NCBI GenBank assembly: GCA_040752695.1
Contig: JBFMGO010000008.1
Location: 26,184 to 90,183, forward strand
DNA: 64,000 nt
Source: a bacterium
Lineage (GTDB): Bacteria > SZUA-182 > DTGQ01
Reading direction: 5' to 3'
Part shown: piece after piece, positions 1-8,572 of the stretch
Numbering within the stretch: position 1 is the stretch's first letter
Layout of the letters: each line of letters begins with the position of its first letter
Position numbers and translations under genes: made by a program
Notes under the pieces: model-generated
What the model was told of the DNA's origin: nothing
The model's database searches: none
What the model saw: only the letters and a program-made list of their open reading frames with translations

Positions 1-189
1 GAACAGGTTTAACTGGGGATCAGCCTTGATACGCAGTTGAATGGCCTCTTTTTCGTACCGCCATTCCGGCGGAGCAGGGGCGACATACTGCCGGGGGGGA
101 GTAGAAGTTGTCGCGGCCTTCCGTTTGCGGGCACAGCAGGTCATAATGGTGATAACAATAAGAAAAAGCGCTATAAAGGATTTTTTCAT
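1..189 (-). CDS. tssJ: Probable T6SS outer-membrane lipoprotein TssJ (N-terminal part; runs off window)
   Basis: Not in the ORF track. Minus-strand ATG at 189 follows an AGGGGG RBS and reads MKKSFIALFLIVITIMTCCARK...PPEWRYEKEAIQLRIKADPQLNLF. This is a lipoprotein-type signal ending in Cys, followed by the L-x-I-x-A-x-x-x-L-N strand typical of TssJ/VasD. It sits next to FHA, PP2C and kinase genes. Confidence 0.65.
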   Translation of the reverse strand, partial: MKKSFIALFLIVITIMTCCARKRKAATTSTPPRQYVAPAPPEWRYEKEAIQLRIKADPQLNLF

Positions 190-216
190 CTTGTCCCCCT
201 ATTCAAAAATAGGTCT

Positions 217-1071
217 TTAATATATCTTTTGACAAACCTTTTCGAATTCCCGTAAGAGTTCTTCCATCAGACGGCCTGATTCGAGCCAGCGCATACAGGC
301 CTGATGTCTTTCTTTGTAGGATTCGTAGAGTTCAGCCTTGCGGAGCGGGCCAAATTTGAAGCCATGCGCTATCCCGGACCCCTTTGCTGCCGCTTCGATC
401 TGATCGGGACTCAACTCGGACAGGATTTCTCTTATCTTGGTACTGGCAGCCTGTTGAAAAGCCTGATGAGCAGCGAAAAAAGCTTTCTTAATCTGATCCA
501 GATAATTTTTCAGGGAAGTAGAGCAATTCTCCCCCTCAAGAGTGGAGCCGATGATCTGTCTGATTGTCTCCAGTTCGGGCTTCCGGCCAAGGAGGGTGGT
601 GTTGATAACCCCGATGATCTGATTAAGCGTATCAAAGATGACAGTCAGAGAAGAAGTCAGTTTTGCCAGAAGTTCGGTGGAGGAGAGATCCTCCCTGGCC
701 ACGGGTATCCCTACCAGTTGGGAAAATAACCGCGAAAACTCGGATGACTCATGTCCGGTTCGAGTGTCCGGGCCGGTGTGAGGGGCAATACCGGTTTGAG
801 GGACCATACCAGGTTGAAGAACCATACCGGCTTGAGGGGCCGTACCGATTTTGGGAGCCATACCGGCTTGAGTGTCCGAGCCGGTTTGAATGGCCGGATC
901 TTCCAGGCTCTTGATGAGTTGTTCCAAAAGGGCCTGTTTTTCCGCAGATGAGTGTTCCCGAAACCGCTCCACCAGGTATTGTCGAGTCAATAGTTCGGCC
1001 TGCGAAGGGTCCGTCCGGTAGATATTCCTGATGTCATCGGCTAACTCTGATAAAGAAATCCGGTCTGTCAT
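217..1071 (-). CDS. Hypothetical protein with TagH/Fha C-terminal-like helical domain
   Basis: 284-aa ORF. The C-terminus (AHQAFQQAA...LSPDQIE...RKAELYESYKERH...REFEKVC) resembles the T6SS FHA C-terminal domain. There is a central hexapeptide repeat linker (PQAGMV-like). Confidence 0.55.
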   Translation of the reverse strand: MTDRISLSELADDIRNIYRTDPSQAELLTRQYLVERFREHSSAEKQALLEQLIKSLEDPAIQTGSDTQAGMAPKIGTAPQAGMVLQPGMVPQTGIAPHTGPDTRTGHESSEFSRLFSQLVGIPVAREDLSSTELLAKLTSSLTVIFDTLNQIIGVINTTLLGRKPELETIRQIIGSTLEGENCSTSLKNYLDQIKKAFFAAHQAFQQAASTKIREILSELSPDQIEAAAKGSGIAHGFKFGPLRKAELYESYKERHQACMRWLESGRLMEELLREFEKVCQKIY

Positions 1072-1180
1072 GGTATCATGAACTCTCTTTTATCGTGGTA
1101 TCTATCTGCTACGGTATCTATCCACGGTATTGATCTGACATGGTATCTATCTGCCACGGTTTCTATCTGACACAGTATCA
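1069..1180. repeat. Degenerate 15-17 bp tandem repeat (cacggtatctatctg-like), about 6 copies, intergenic
   Basis: ggtatctatctg / ggtatctatcc / ggtattgatctg / ggtttctatctg recur between the two CDSs. Confidence 0.75.
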
Positions 1181-3379
1181 TGGACTGTCTTTTTTACGGT
1201 AATCTTCATTCGAACTCAGGATAACTGTTTCAGTAAGAAAATCATCACATTCCGAGTCAGGCTCTGACTCCGATACCGGCTCAGGCTCCGGGGCAGGCTC
1301 TGACACTGACTCAGGCTCTGGGGCAGGAGCCGGTTTTTCAGCCTCTTTGGCCTTTCCCCCTGCCCAAGGGATTCTCCGTACTCCGGGGGCTCCCCTGTCT
1401 TGAGGAGAGATGATAACCGTCTCAGGGATGTCATTATCATCTTCTTTATCTTCTTCTGCCCCGGCAGGTATAGTGTGGCTGTTAGCGGCCTGAGAAAAGG
1501 TGTTTTCCATCATGTTTTCGGATGAGATCATCACGGTTTCTTCGAGTTCGGTTGATATATCCTGCTTCTCATCAATTTCTGCCCGCCATTGGTTTAAAAC
1601 CTTGGTAAGGAGATCACGGATGGCCTTATTTTCGCCTGGATCATGCAAGAGGCTCTTCGTTTCCAGGTGGGAGTTTTCGGTATTTTTATCCATACCTGAT
1701 AACCGTAAGCAGTCACCGACATCTTCCTTTCCCTGAAGAAAGGCGTCTTTTACCTCTTCTTGCAGGGCCTTGAACTGCTCCCAAAATGCCTCCTTTGACC
1801 ATCGAGAGGAAGCATGACAGCCTGCATGGAGCAAAGACCACCCCAGACTGAGGCATCTTTCCCAGAAGATGCGGCCGTTTTCGGGAATTGCCCCTCTTTC
1901 AGGATTCCAGAAAATATTTTCAGGCATGAAGGTTTGGTTTCTCTGTGCCAGATCAAAACCAGATTGATGCTCACAGAAACCCGAGGAGGCGCTTACAGCT
2001 TCATCCATTGCCTTGAACACGAGAGCAGCATCCTGCTTTTGGTTGACCAGGAAAGTGGAGAACCAGACCAGTCCCAAAGATGAGAGACTTGATATTTGAG
2101 GGATTCGGGAAAATGGTGAGGTGCCAAGGTGACTTATTCCATTGATGCTATTGATTCCATTGATCCCATTGATTCCCAGGTCTATGGTCCCTACCGAGAA
2201 GCTCCAGAAGGGAGGAAGAAAGCTGGATTTGCCAGCCAGTCTGACCCATGTCCGGTCAAGGGAAAAATTCCGCTCCGGCTGCCGGTCAAGAGCGAACGCC
2301 GGAAGGGCCGTTTGCAGAAATTCACCAAGGAAGGAAAGCTTAAGATATAAAACTTCGTAAAAATGCCTTTCTCCCTGATTGTAAAAGGTAAACCTTTGTG
2401 CCGGGTATCTCTGACGGATCGCTTTCAAACACTGTGCCCTCCCTGATTCCAGGCCGTCCGTGAGCCCTGATTCACGTTCCTCAAAAGATGCCCCTGAGAC
2501 GAGGGCCAGAAAGTCGAGGGCATGAAGTGACATGGCATCAAAAACAAGCATGAAAAAGGAGTAAAACGCGAAGGGCAAAACCCGTGAAAGGCAACGGCTG
2601 TCCCTTCCATAGCACTCCTTTTTTTCAGTGCATTCGATGCAGGGGAATTGTCCGGGATGAATCTCATCTTCAAGCAATTGTCCGGGACGAATCTTATCTT
2701 CAAGCAGATGACCAAATCTCCGTATTAAATCCCGCCGGTCCATAAGATGTGGAGGGTCAGAGCTTTCCAAAGCAAAAGTATAGAAATTGCATTCCTCGCT
2801 CGATGCAGCGGCACACGCGGGACAATATACATACCGTCTCAGAGAGGTTGAATAAGGCCAAAGCCCTGATCTGATCAGAAGATCATCGTCATAGCATTGC
2901 TGAAGGGGACGTCCGCATCCGGGACATAGTGGATCGAAAAAGAGGTGTTTGTACCTGCAATAAAACAACGGTTGAAAGGGCACGAGCCATTCTTTTTTTT
3001 CCTGGAGATGAATTTGATGCGCGAGAATCATAACGGAACCATCGCCCTTATTCCTTCTCGTTTCGGAAAAAGCATTCTGCCAGGCATCGTCAATATCCCG
3101 GTTATTGAGCTGCTTTTGTATCTTCAGGATATCCCCGGAGAGGGAATAATCATCCTTTTGAATCAGGAGAAACACCCTCTTTATTTCACTTTCAGCACCG
3201 GTTAACAGCCGGGCCTCGATCAGGCGCGTAAAAGGCTCTGCATCACCGATAATCCGGAAAGGGAAAGAAGTGTTTTCCAGTCGTCCCTGGGAGTCCTCAC
3301 CGATGGGTGCAAACTGGATGGAGAAAGGTACTTTTTGAGTCTCAAGATAAGGGCGTAAGGAGGATAGGATATTTCCCAT
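1178..3379 (-). CDS. Hypothetical 733-aa Cys-rich protein, possible Zn-finger/pseudokinase with acidic Pro-rich tail
   Basis: Long ORF with CPGC, CPAC and CIEC-x4-C motifs, kinase-like remnants (NFSLDRTWV; SSLGLVWF), and a tail with ETVMIS, ETVIIS and ETVILS. Confidence 0.6.
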   Translation of the reverse strand: MGNILSSLRPYLETQKVPFSIQFAPIGEDSQGRLENTSFPFRIIGDAEPFTRLIEARLLTGAESEIKRVFLLIQKDDYSLSGDILKIQKQLNNRDIDDAWQNAFSETRRNKGDGSVMILAHQIHLQEKKEWLVPFQPLFYCRYKHLFFDPLCPGCGRPLQQCYDDDLLIRSGLWPYSTSLRRYVYCPACAAASSEECNFYTFALESSDPPHLMDRRDLIRRFGHLLEDKIRPGQLLEDEIHPGQFPCIECTEKKECYGRDSRCLSRVLPFAFYSFFMLVFDAMSLHALDFLALVSGASFEERESGLTDGLESGRAQCLKAIRQRYPAQRFTFYNQGERHFYEVLYLKLSFLGEFLQTALPAFALDRQPERNFSLDRTWVRLAGKSSFLPPFWSFSVGTIDLGINGINGINSINGISHLGTSPFSRIPQISSLSSLGLVWFSTFLVNQKQDAALVFKAMDEAVSASSGFCEHQSGFDLAQRNQTFMPENIFWNPERGAIPENGRIFWERCLSLGWSLLHAGCHASSRWSKEAFWEQFKALQEEVKDAFLQGKEDVGDCLRLSGMDKNTENSHLETKSLLHDPGENKAIRDLLTKVLNQWRAEIDEKQDISTELEETVMISSENMMENTFSQAANSHTIPAGAEEDKEDDNDIPETVIISPQDRGAPGVRRIPWAGGKAKEAEKPAPAPEPESVSEPAPEPEPVSESEPDSECDDFLTETVILSSNEDYRKKDSP

Positions 3380-3711
3380 TCTATCAGGATCCTTCGCGGC
3401 AAAAGAGGTAATGGGGCGCTCTATGACTTATGAGATTTTCCTGCCTGCCCCGTATAAAATGATGCCCTTTTCGGGCACAATTTGGAAGGTAATTCCCTCA
3501 TTCTGTTTCTTTAACCATTCTTATAACATATATTCCAGCCTTAAGTCAACGATAACTTATCCGAAAACGGGAATATTTTGGAATATTTAAAACTGGAATA
3601 GTATGGAATGTTAACGGAAATAGTACGAAATGTTAATTGAAGATATTGTTCATATATCGAAACAAAGGGAATACTACTATCGAAACAAGGGGAAAACTGC
3701 CCGATGGCGGT

Positions 3712-4839
3712 TTAATGTTTCCAGAGTTTCCTTAGAATTGAAAGTGAGCCTTTGATGTTTTTCTTTTCAGGGACATCCAGGGATTCTTTCTCCTCCGGTT
3801 TCTCTTTTTGATCTGCGGAGATTGAACGCTCATCGATGGGCTCTTGTATTTCTGCCAGACGGCCATCACCGAGAAAGCGAAATACAGGGCCCCGGGGACT
3901 GAGAGCCAATTCATCGCCGGGATTGAGAGGTGACTTGAGGTTGATGGTCTTTCGATTGACGGCAACTGATTTTTGTCCTGTGAGATCCTTGACCCAGTAA
4001 TGATCCTGGTTATAGAAAACCTGGACATGGTGACTATGGATGCCGGGATAGTCAAGCTGAAAATCGCCTTCCTTTCCAATAGTGACCGGTACCTCTTTGA
4101 AGGAACGAAGAGTAGGACCATACTGGATAATCAGAGGGACTCTCATGCTATGCACGGCGATCTCATCTATCTCGCCTGGTTCGGGTTGGATTGGACCGGA
4201 TTTTTGACCGGAAAGGTCAGGCTCTTGACTGGAAAGGCCAGGCTCCTGACACGAAAGGCCGGGCTCTTGACCGCAAATGCCGGGCTCCTGACTGAAAGAA
4301 ACGGGTGTATGTCCGGAAAGGTCAAGATCCCGAGGTGAAGAAGGTTTTAGCTTATCTTCCCCATAGGGCGAAGGTGGAAATGACGATGGCGGGGCGCATG
4401 ATGGCTGAGTGGCCGGGAACACGTTTTCCTGCCCCGGTTGACTTTCGCGTAACGGCTGATTTTCGAGTGCCGGTTGATTATCCAGTACCGGCTGATTTTC
4501 GGACACCGGCTGGTTTTCGAGTATCTGGGTCAGGAAGCTAACCTTGGGCCCGCCTTCTGAAAAGGACAATACATCTCCGCTTTTCAGATAAGCCTCTTTC
4601 ATCCTCTTACCATTGACGAAGGTGCCGTTGGTGCTGAGATCAATCAATTTAAAGCGATTTCCTTCGCGAATGATTTCAGCATGATTACGTGAAACTACGG
4701 TCAGGTCGGCAGGGAATCTCAGCAGGCTCGATGGATTGCGACCGATAGAGATGCTGCCCGCGGAAAACTCCTGAATTGTGCCTTTGAAAGGCCCCTGAAT
4801 ATGGACAAGTTGGATGACAATAACTGGCTGTTGCTTCAT
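3712..4839 (-). CDS. Double FHA-domain protein
   Basis: N-terminal FHA with GR...SRNH...STNGTFVNG, a repeat-rich linker (ENQPV, QEPGLS), and a second degenerate FHA (IGK...HSHH...VKDL). Confidence 0.9.
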   Translation of the reverse strand: MKQQPVIVIQLVHIQGPFKGTIQEFSAGSISIGRNPSSLLRFPADLTVVSRNHAEIIREGNRFKLIDLSTNGTFVNGKRMKEAYLKSGDVLSFSEGGPKVSFLTQILENQPVSENQPVLDNQPALENQPLRESQPGQENVFPATQPSCAPPSSFPPSPYGEDKLKPSSPRDLDLSGHTPVSFSQEPGICGQEPGLSCQEPGLSSQEPDLSGQKSGPIQPEPGEIDEIAVHSMRVPLIIQYGPTLRSFKEVPVTIGKEGDFQLDYPGIHSHHVQVFYNQDHYWVKDLTGQKSVAVNRKTINLKSPLNPGDELALSPRGPVFRFLGDGRLAEIQEPIDERSISADQKEKPEEKESLDVPEKKNIKGSLSILRKLWKH

Positions 4840-5081
4840 ATGGGTTTCGTCACAGTCTTTGCTGTCAGTCGAAGGCTCGGTTCATTTTTCAATTATAGCC
4901 CGAGCCTGATGGTTTTTGCAACAACAATGATAAAAAAATAATTATTTATAACACATTATCCAATATCATAAAATAGATTGACTTTTATTCTTTCTCGTGA
5001 GAAGATCAAATGTTATTATCCGTATTGGAACAAGTACCTAACTTTTATGCTCCTGGTTAATGCATACCGGTTGCATACGCG

Positions 5082-5816
5082 ATGCCTATGATAGCCTCTT
5101 TTGGACAATCAGATCCCGGCCTCATACGTCCTCATAATGAAGACAGCTTCGTAATCGTGCCAGAGGCAGATCTTCTTGCAGTGGCCGATGGAATGGGCGG
5201 GGCTGCGGCCGGGGAGGTGGCCAGCCGGATCTTCATCGAAACAGCTTCGATGCGTTCCTCCGGTTCCAGGTGTCAATCTGGGTGTCAATCTGAACAGGAA
5301 ACCCTTTTGAGGGATATCTTTCGATCAGCCAATGAAAATATCCTTAACCATACCAGGGCTAATCCTCACTGCCGGGGAATGGGATGTACGGCTGAACTTA
5401 TCATCTTCACCGGCCAGGGTTACATTCTGGGCCATGTAGGAGACAGCCGTACTTACCTGCTGAGGGCAGGACACCTGAAACAACTGACCCGGGACCACTC
5501 TTTAGTGCAGGATCAGCTAGACCAGGGTCTCATCAAACCTGATGAGGTCAGGAAGCATCCTTTCAAACATGTTATCCTCAGGGCCGTGGGTATCGAAGAA
5601 CGGCTGGCCCTCGATGTGGTAAGGGGCAAGACTTTACCAGGGGACCTTTTTCTCCTGTGCACTGACGGCCTGACGGATATGATCGACGATTCCCTTATCA
5701 AGGAAATACTTTTGCTTCCCCTGACTCTGGCCCAAAAAGGAAACAAGCTCATCGAGTCCGCCAAAGCAGCCGGAGGGCGTGACAACATAACCGTGGTTCT
5801 CGGTGAAATAACGTGA
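5082..5816 (+). CDS. PP2C-type (Stp1/PppA) Ser/Thr phosphatase
   Basis: RPHNED, VADGMGG, HVGDSR, LCTDGL and GGRDN motifs. Confidence 0.95.
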   Translation: MPMIASFGQSDPGLIRPHNEDSFVIVPEADLLAVADGMGGAAAGEVASRIFIETASMRSSGSRCQSGCQSEQETLLRDIFRSANENILNHTRANPHCRGMGCTAELIIFTGQGYILGHVGDSRTYLLRAGHLKQLTRDHSLVQDQLDQGLIKPDEVRKHPFKHVILRAVGIEERLALDVVRGKTLPGDLFLLCTDGLTDMIDDSLIKEILLLPLTLAQKGNKLIESAKAAGGRDNITVVLGEIT

Positions 5817-5893
5817 TTGACAGTGATATAACATGACTGGCTGGCAAGGTCTGGCTGGCAAGTAACCTGATTGGCAGGGTGATGTGATTTTCA

Positions 5894-6982
5894 ATGGATA
5901 AGTTCACAATTTGCTGGATAGTTCCGCTTATTCTCGCAGGTGCAGTGTTTTTAGCCGGTGCAGCACAACCTCCTGATTTATCCAAAGCCTACCCTTTTCC
6001 TCTTTTGGAGATGGAGGAAGTTATTTCACGATGGTTATTGCATAACAACTTTGAAGTTGCCCGCACTCCCCTCAAGGGCGGGCAGGTTCGGCTCGGGGCA
6101 GTGAGAGAAGACCAAAAGTGGCAGATAACGCTCAAACCTCGCTCTCCCCTTGCCTCTGAGGTCCATGCAGAATATACTCGCCAGGAAGGTCAGCCTGATC
6201 CGGCTGCCAATAAAGAATTGTGGGATCATTTACGAAGATATGCTCAAGATCCCTCTGCCGAAAGAGAGGATTTTGGAGTGCCGGCGCAGGTTTTGTCCCA
6301 GGGCACATCTGTCGTTTGTATCAGGGCCGGGCGGGATGGTACCGGGCAGGATGGGGCTGGCTGGCATGGCACCAGGCAGGATGGGGCTGGACAGAATGGT
6401 GCCGGGCAGGGCAAGTCAGGGTGCGATGGTGCCGGGCAGGACAAGTCAGAGCAGAACAGGGCCGGGAGGGAGACAAAACCCATTCAGTTTTCCGGTTTTA
6501 TCATTGACCGGGATGGTTTTATTTTGGCTACAGCCCATGACCTTGAAGGCATCCATGAGGTGAGAGTAATTCTGGACAATGGCCGCGAGCTGAAAGGGAG
6601 CATACGCAAGATCGATCATGACCGGGACCTTGCTCTCATTAGCGTCGGGGCCAAATTCGATACCTTTATCCCTCTGGCGAGGGGGCGAAACATCCTTGAC
6701 ATCGGGGAAAAGGTATATTCGATTGGCTGGCCCCTCAATCTGAGAGGAACAGTCCATGCCGGTTTCATTAATGGGCCACCCAGAAAGGTGAATACCCTGC
6801 CACTGTGGCAGGTGAACATGGAAATTCTTCCGGGAAGCAGCGGAAGTCCGGTATTCGATGCCAGGGGACAGATAGTTGCAGTCGTGAAAGGCAGGTACCG
6901 TGGAACGGATTCGGTGGGTTTTCTGATCCCGCTGGGAACGGTCAGGGAATTTTTAAGAGAAGGACACGCTTTAGATCAGTGA
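5894..6982 (+). CDS. Exported trypsin-like (S1C) serine protease without PDZ
   Basis: Signal peptide; catalytic triad TAH / DLAL / GSSGSP; pentapeptide GQDGA repeat insert. Confidence 0.9.
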   Translation: MDKFTICWIVPLILAGAVFLAGAAQPPDLSKAYPFPLLEMEEVISRWLLHNNFEVARTPLKGGQVRLGAVREDQKWQITLKPRSPLASEVHAEYTRQEGQPDPAANKELWDHLRRYAQDPSAEREDFGVPAQVLSQGTSVVCIRAGRDGTGQDGAGWHGTRQDGAGQNGAGQGKSGCDGAGQDKSEQNRAGRETKPIQFSGFIIDRDGFILATAHDLEGIHEVRVILDNGRELKGSIRKIDHDRDLALISVGAKFDTFIPLARGRNILDIGEKVYSIGWPLNLRGTVHAGFINGPPRKVNTLPLWQVNMEILPGSSGSPVFDARGQIVAVVKGRYRGTDSVGFLIPLGTVREFLREGHALDQ

Positions 6983-7063
6983 GGCGTACATCAGCAAAAA
7001 AGGAGGCAGGGCGGGAAAAGACCGCTCCAAAGACCCTCCCCCCTAAAAAAGGCGTACATTACC

Positions 7064-8449
7064 ATGTTATTACAATACAGTCGGTATCAGATAAAACGAG
7101 AGATTGGAAAAGGGGCTATGGGAGTGGTTTATCAGGCTCATGACCCCCAGATCGATCGGTTGGTCGCGTTAAAGGTCCTGCGCCCTGACCGGGTCACCAA
7201 CGAGGATTTTGTTCAGAGATTTTTCAAGGAGGCCAAAGCGATTGGCAGGCTTTCTCATCCCGGCATCGTTACCGTCTACGATGTGGGTCAGGATCAGGAC
7301 ACAGTATTTATCGCCATGGAATTTCTGGAGGGAAAGCCTTTGCATAAGGTCATTCAGGAGGCGAAGCCGGATCTTGAAACCATAGTCGATTTCGGCATCC
7401 AGGTGGCCTGTGCTCTTGATTATGCCCACCAGAAGGGAATAGTGCACCGGGATATCAAACCCGGCAATATCATCGTCCAGCCCGATGGCAGGTTGAAATT
7501 AACCGATTTCGGGATTGCCCGGATCGAAGATTCCACGGCAACGCAACAGACCAAAGTGGGAGAGATTCTTGGCAGCCCGGCCTATATGTCTCCCGAACAG
7601 GTGATGGGGCATTCCGTGGACGGACGATCCGACCTCTATTCACTGGGCATTATCCTCTATGAACTGTGCAGCGGGAAAAGGCCCTTCCATGGCGATAATC
7701 TGGCTGTCATCTTCAGGGCCATTACTCAGGACAATCCCGCTGAACCTTCAGCCATCGATCCGGCCATTCCGCATAAACTTTCGCAGGTAATCATGAAGTG
7801 CCTGAGCAAACAGCCCGAGATGCGCTTTCAGACCGGCAATGAACTGGCCGATGCCCTGAAAGCCTGCTTGAGGAAGGGTCCAGTCACCCACCCTGGGCCT
7901 GAGGGATCGAAAAGTTCAGCTTCGCCGCCTGACGAACCCAAAAGATCAGGGGACTCAAGCACAACCCTTGCCGAACCCAAAAGGTCAAAAGGACTGCCCC
8001 TTTTACTCCTTGTCGTGGTTATCCTGGCCAGTATAACGGCAGGATTCACCTTCTATCTCTTGCGCTCGCGAAAAGAAGCCCACCGCCTGCCTCCACAGGT
8101 TATGGAAGAGCAAAAAGCTCAGCCACCCGGGCCGGTTGCGGAAGAGGAGAAGGCACAACAGCCTCCTGGCCAGGTCACAGAAGAGCAGAAAGCGCAGCCT
8201 CCTGGCCAGGTCGTGAAAGAGCATCCGGTCATGGCTTTTCTCAAAGTCGAAAGTACTCCTTTGGGGGCTCAAATCTTCGTGGATGGAACCTTTCAGGGGA
8301 AAACGCCTGTTCGGTTTGACCTGTCACCGGGAAAACACGAAGTTCGGCTTACTTTGGCCGGGTATTACGATTGGGAAGCCCAGATCCAATTATCGGAAAA
8401 GGTCGAGACTCCTCTCCAGGTTCGATTGTTGCCTGCCGATGAGCAATAA
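7064..8449 (+). CDS. Membrane Ser/Thr protein kinase with C-terminal PEGA domain (PpkA/PknB-like)
   Basis: GKGAMG, VALK, HRDIKPGN, DFG, SPE and DLYSLG motifs; one TM segment; PEGA (VESTPLGAQIFVDG...G-H-V). Confidence 0.95.
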   Translation: MLLQYSRYQIKREIGKGAMGVVYQAHDPQIDRLVALKVLRPDRVTNEDFVQRFFKEAKAIGRLSHPGIVTVYDVGQDQDTVFIAMEFLEGKPLHKVIQEAKPDLETIVDFGIQVACALDYAHQKGIVHRDIKPGNIIVQPDGRLKLTDFGIARIEDSTATQQTKVGEILGSPAYMSPEQVMGHSVDGRSDLYSLGIILYELCSGKRPFHGDNLAVIFRAITQDNPAEPSAIDPAIPHKLSQVIMKCLSKQPEMRFQTGNELADALKACLRKGPVTHPGPEGSKSSASPPDEPKRSGDSSTTLAEPKRSKGLPLLLLVVVILASITAGFTFYLLRSRKEAHRLPPQVMEEQKAQPPGPVAEEEKAQQPPGQVTEEQKAQPPGQVVKEHPVMAFLKVESTPLGAQIFVDGTFQGKTPVRFDLSPGKHEVRLTLAGYYDWEAQIQLSEKVETPLQVRLLPADEQ

Positions 8450-8565
8450 AGAGAAGCGGCGGAAAAAAATGAGGAATAAGGGAAAAATGAGGAAAAACGG
8501 GGAAAAATAAGAAGGGATAAAAAGAAATGAGAAGGAATGAGAAGAAGTGAGAAGAAATAAAGGAG
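8447..8565. repeat. Polypurine degenerate ~10-bp repeat tract (aatgagaaga-like)
   Basis: Intergenic run that is almost all A/G, with recurring aatgag/agaag units. Confidence 0.7.
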
Positions 8566-8572
8566 CAATCGG

